From positions 124,001 through 188,000 of the forward strand of contig JAYJKW010000425.1 in the NCBI GenBank assembly GCA_035084275.1: a stretch of DNA of 64,000 nucleotides. Direction: 5' to 3'. Position 1 is the stretch's first letter, and the number at the start of each line of letters is the position of its first letter. The notes below the pieces were generated by a model. It had not been told where the DNA came from, did no database searches, and worked only from the letters and a program-made list of their open reading frames with translations. Positions 60,671-64,000 of the stretch are shown here, in pieces. Source of the DNA: Hydrolagus colliei (lineage: Eukaryota). Both the position numbers and the translations under genes were made by a program.

Positions 60671-61266
60671 ATTCTCAATAATAGATTGACAGTTTAATTT
60701 ACTTGTTGTGTAGAAAAGTATAAAGCACATACATTGAACCCTTGAGCTACATGTGGAATTCAATAAACAACCATGACCACACCTTTCGAACTGCATGTAT
60801 TCCATACTATATGGAGTCATTTCACTTCATAGTGTATCTCGTGAATCGCTTCAAATACATTTCGAAAGCAGGAGATGAGACAACCACAACAATAGCAAAA
60901 TGACAGTGGTAAAGCGCCTTTCTCGTCAGGAGGACGTCCCACAGCAAAGGACGGTTACTGCAAGGGAGAGTGTTGAGGCGAGACTTGGAAAAGGCCTGGG
61001 ATGCGGGGGTAGGGGTGGGGGGGATTGATTGATTGCGGTGGCGTTAAATTTGTACATGTTTGTACAAACGTTTGTGTGGGTGGGACGGGCGTTGTGGTAG
61101 GTTTGTGTGCTTGGAGGGGATAGGTTTGCGTCTGAGATGGGGTAGATTTGCGCATGTGTGTGGGGGGTGGAGGGCGGTGGTAGGTTTGTGTATGGGAGGG
61201 GTAGATTTTTGTGTTTGTAGGGTTAGGTTTGTGTGTGTGGGGGTGGTTATCATTTTGTGTGTGGGG

Positions 61267-62009
61267 TAGGGTCCGTCGATATGGAAAATTTCCGATTAAA
61301 TATATCGATGTGCTCATATCGAAATATCGATATTTTCGGTTTGTTCGTACTGCACATGAGCGCGAGGCGCGCGAATTCCGGGTGCGCGCGAATTCGGGGC
61401 TTATCTCCTCAGTAGGTAAGTATCTTTCTCTCCCTGTGCCTCTCACTCTCTCTATCTCTGTGTTTGCTGTCTGTGTGTCTCTGTGACTCTCTCCCTCTCT
61501 CCTTTCTCACACTTCCCCCCATCTATATCTACCTGTATATTATCACATCCACCCCGTCTCTCCGACCCCCCCGCCGTCCCTCTCTCGCACCCCCCCATCC
61601 CCGCCGTCTCTCTCCCTCCCCTACCACCCAGCCGTCTCTTTCTCCCTCCACACCACCGCCGTCTCACTGTCCCTCCCCCACACAGCCGTCTCTCTCCCCC
61701 TCCCCCGAGCCGTCTTTCCCCCCCTCCCTCTCCCCCCCGCCGTCTCTCTCCCCCTCTCCTCCCCCGCAGCCGTCTTTCTCCCCCTCCCCCTGCCGTCTCT
61801 CTCCCCCTCCCCCCAGCCGTCTCTCTCCCCCTCCCAGCATCCGTCTCTCTCCCACTTCCCCCAGCTGTCTCAGTGTGCACGCATCCCGATCTTTTATCTC
61901 GACAAACGGCCTTTTCGATATATCGATATTTATAAAATATCTATATCGGCGTATCGATCTGAACATTATATCAGGTTCTAGCGATATATCGATATATTGC
62001 CGGACCCTG
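61267..62009. mobile_element. Non-autonomous hAT-type DNA transposon (MITE), 743 bp
   Basis: Termini TAGGGTCCGTCGATAT and rc CAGGGTCCGGCAATAT. 8-bp flanks GTGTGGGG/GTGTAGGG (7/8 match). Subterminal ATCGAT clusters and an internal CCGCCGTCTCTCTCCC minisatellite. Confidence 0.8.
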
Positions 62010-63059
62010 GTGTAGGGGTGTAGGTTTGTGTGGGGCAGTTGTTAGGTTTCTGTCGGGGCATAGGCTTTTGTGGAGGGGTGGTAAGTTTGTGTGTGTGTGT
62101 GGGGGGGGGTAGGTTATATTTGTTGTGCTGGTAAGTTCGTGTATTTGTGACGGGTAGTTTTGTGTCTGGGAGTATGTAAGGTTGTGCATGTGGCCCTGTT
62201 TGTCTGTGTGGGAGGGGGACGGGTGGTAGGTTTTTGTGTGTAGGGATTAGGATTGTGTTTGTGGCAGGGTAGGTGTGTGTAGGTGGAGAGGTATGTTTGT
62301 GTGTGGTGTGGTTTTGTGCGGAGAGCGAGAGGGTGTGTTTTTGTGTTTTCGGAGGGTGGGATGATAGGTTTGTGTATCTGCTTGCGTAGTTTTTTGTGTG
62401 TGGTGGTGTAGTTTGTATGGTGTGTGGGGGTCTAGATTTGTTTTGGGGTGTAGGTTTGTTTCTAGGTGAAAGGGGGGTATATATGCGTGTGTGTGAGCGA
62501 TAGGTTTGCGTGTTTGTGATTGTTACTTTTGTGTGTATATGGGTGGGTGGTTGTAGTTTTGCGTGTTGGGTTGGGGAGTAGGTTTTTATACGTGGGGTGG
62601 GGGCTAGGTTTGTGTGTGTGTGTAGTGGGGGGTGGGTTTGTATTTGGGTGTGTAAGTTTGCGTGTGTAGTTGGTATGTTTGTCTGTGGGGGTGGTAATTC
62701 TTTGTGCAGAAGATCTTATTGCAACATATAAGATTCTTAAATTGCTGATAAAGTAGACAATTTAGATTTTCCTACCTGTTTGCCCAGGTAGGAAAATCCA
62801 GAACCAGTCGTACAGTCTTAGAATTATGGGTCAGCCTTTTATAACAGTTGAGGAAACATTTCTTCACTCAGAGGGTATTGAATTGATGGAATCTGTGGAA
62901 ATCGCTAACCCAGAAGTCGGTAGATGTTCAGCCCGTGACCGATTTCAAGGCTGAGATTGAAAGATTTTTTAAAAAATCTAATGGCGTGGCAGGCTCGAGG
63001 CACCGAATGGCCTACTCCTTCTCATATTTCTTGTATTCTTATGTTATGATGTTATAGGC

Positions 63060-63400
63060 CTTTTCAAATTTTGAAATTTTGAAATTTTCGAGGCGTCATA
63101 AAGCTTCACAAAATAAACTTTCGAGGCGTCATAAAGCTTCACAAAATACACTGTAAAATCAATCCACTGTATACTCATTAGCAAAGCGAAGCCGCCAATC
63201 ACGCACAACATTGTCCCCACAAACAGTCATGTATTGAAATGACCAATTTTATTATTGTGTTTTTTTTGGAAAAATTATTATTAGGCGCGTGTGTGGAGTA
63301 AGGAAACTTACCCAAAGTATTGCCGTGATCTGCCTGGATTCGAAACTGAGTTCGCACGATTGTAAGGCGAGTGCACTAACTGCTGAGATGCAGGAATCCA
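63060..63400 (-). mobile_element. tRNA-derived SINE (duplicate of 51085-51400)
   Basis: Reverse complement of the family body with the same flanks as the 51-kb copy. Confidence 0.75.
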
Positions 63401-64000
63401 CAGATTCTATAATTCTATGAGACTATGGTCCTTGGATCTTGTCTGATCTTCTCCGATTAGCACATTTATCTTGCTGTGGTCCGATTTCAAATACACACCG
63501 TGTCAATTTACTTCAGCCTCTTTTGACAACGCACTTCCTCAACAAGGTCAACCTACACTGATACATTGATTCACTAGAGGAAAAAGAACTGCAGCGGTAG
63601 CAGTGGACGTCTTGGTATCCCATTGGAAATTGCACAAAACAATTTGAGAAGAGAAGCGAGTTTCTGCTTGTGTCACTGCTAGTAATTCTTTGTTCAATTA
63701 TCAGTGTGTCTGATAGCTGTTTTCAGGATGTCACTGTGGGCATTTGAGTGCAGCCTTTACCAACATATAGCCTCCAAAACGGACAGGACAATTGAGGAAG
63801 TTTTAGAGGCGGGTCGAGAACAAGAAATGGCCCTTTAGAAATTCCAATTAATCAAACACAATGAAAAATGTTGCTTGGAATATATAGTACACAGGTCACT
63901 CGTAGACAATTTTCCACTTACGTGTGTAAGTCGAGGATATCAGCTGTGGAGTTTTTAACGTGATGGACCAGAAAATACATTGAGAATCATTGTTTGGATC

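Larger units (their letters stand above)
57200..64000 (-). repeat. Inverted segmental duplicate of blocks from 43050-54815
   Basis: 58940-59400 = rc(43050-43530); 57200-58940 = rc(44340-45420); 60680-60950 = rc(54540-54815); 62010-62900 = rc(51640-52520); 62920-63420 = rc(51075-51560); 63420-64000 = rc(49870-50445). Confidence 0.88.

Noticed and set aside
1-64000. CRISPR arrays, rRNA genes, prokaryotic operons
   Set aside because: No constant-repeat/unique-spacer arrays or rRNA motifs were seen, and the sequence is intron-containing vertebrate DNA.

Overview
Vertebrate genomic DNA, most likely a cartilaginous fish. This is inferred from CR1 LINEs with (CATAGAAT)n tails, abundant L2 LINEs, a tRNA-derived SINE with an L2-like tail, an expanded GPR139-like GPCR family and a SNAD-type deaminase. 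The window has three N-gaps and is mostly repeats, and most long ORFs in the track are low-complexity artefacts. Genes reconstructed by hand from splice sites and phases: (1) a six-exon, 310-aa non-rearranging antigen-receptor-like gene on + (leader 3672-3717, germline-joined VJ 4790-5131, Ig/TCR-type C1 6823-7116, TM 7616-7735, cytoplasmic 8321-8379 and 9502-9573) ending in an ITIM/ITSM-like TLYARL motif; (2) an alpha-1,3-fucosyltransferase (GT10) pseudogene on - (24047-25147) with two in-frame TAG codons; (3) a two-exon, 323-aa secreted SNAD1-like AID/APOBEC-fold deaminase on - (38457-38357, 34846-33976) with CxE in place of HxE and a long basic tail; (4) a GPR139-like GPCR cluster with one minus-strand pseudogene and one plus-strand coding exon 1 followed by a broken and an intact exon 2; (5) a tRNA-Ser-derived gene with a TCA anticodon (50746-50827). 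The right third contains a patchy inverted segmental duplication of the GPCR unit, a solo LTR whose empty site is visible in the other arm, and a hAT-type MITE. All models are hand-derived and unverified by search or RNA data. Repeat boundaries are approximate.
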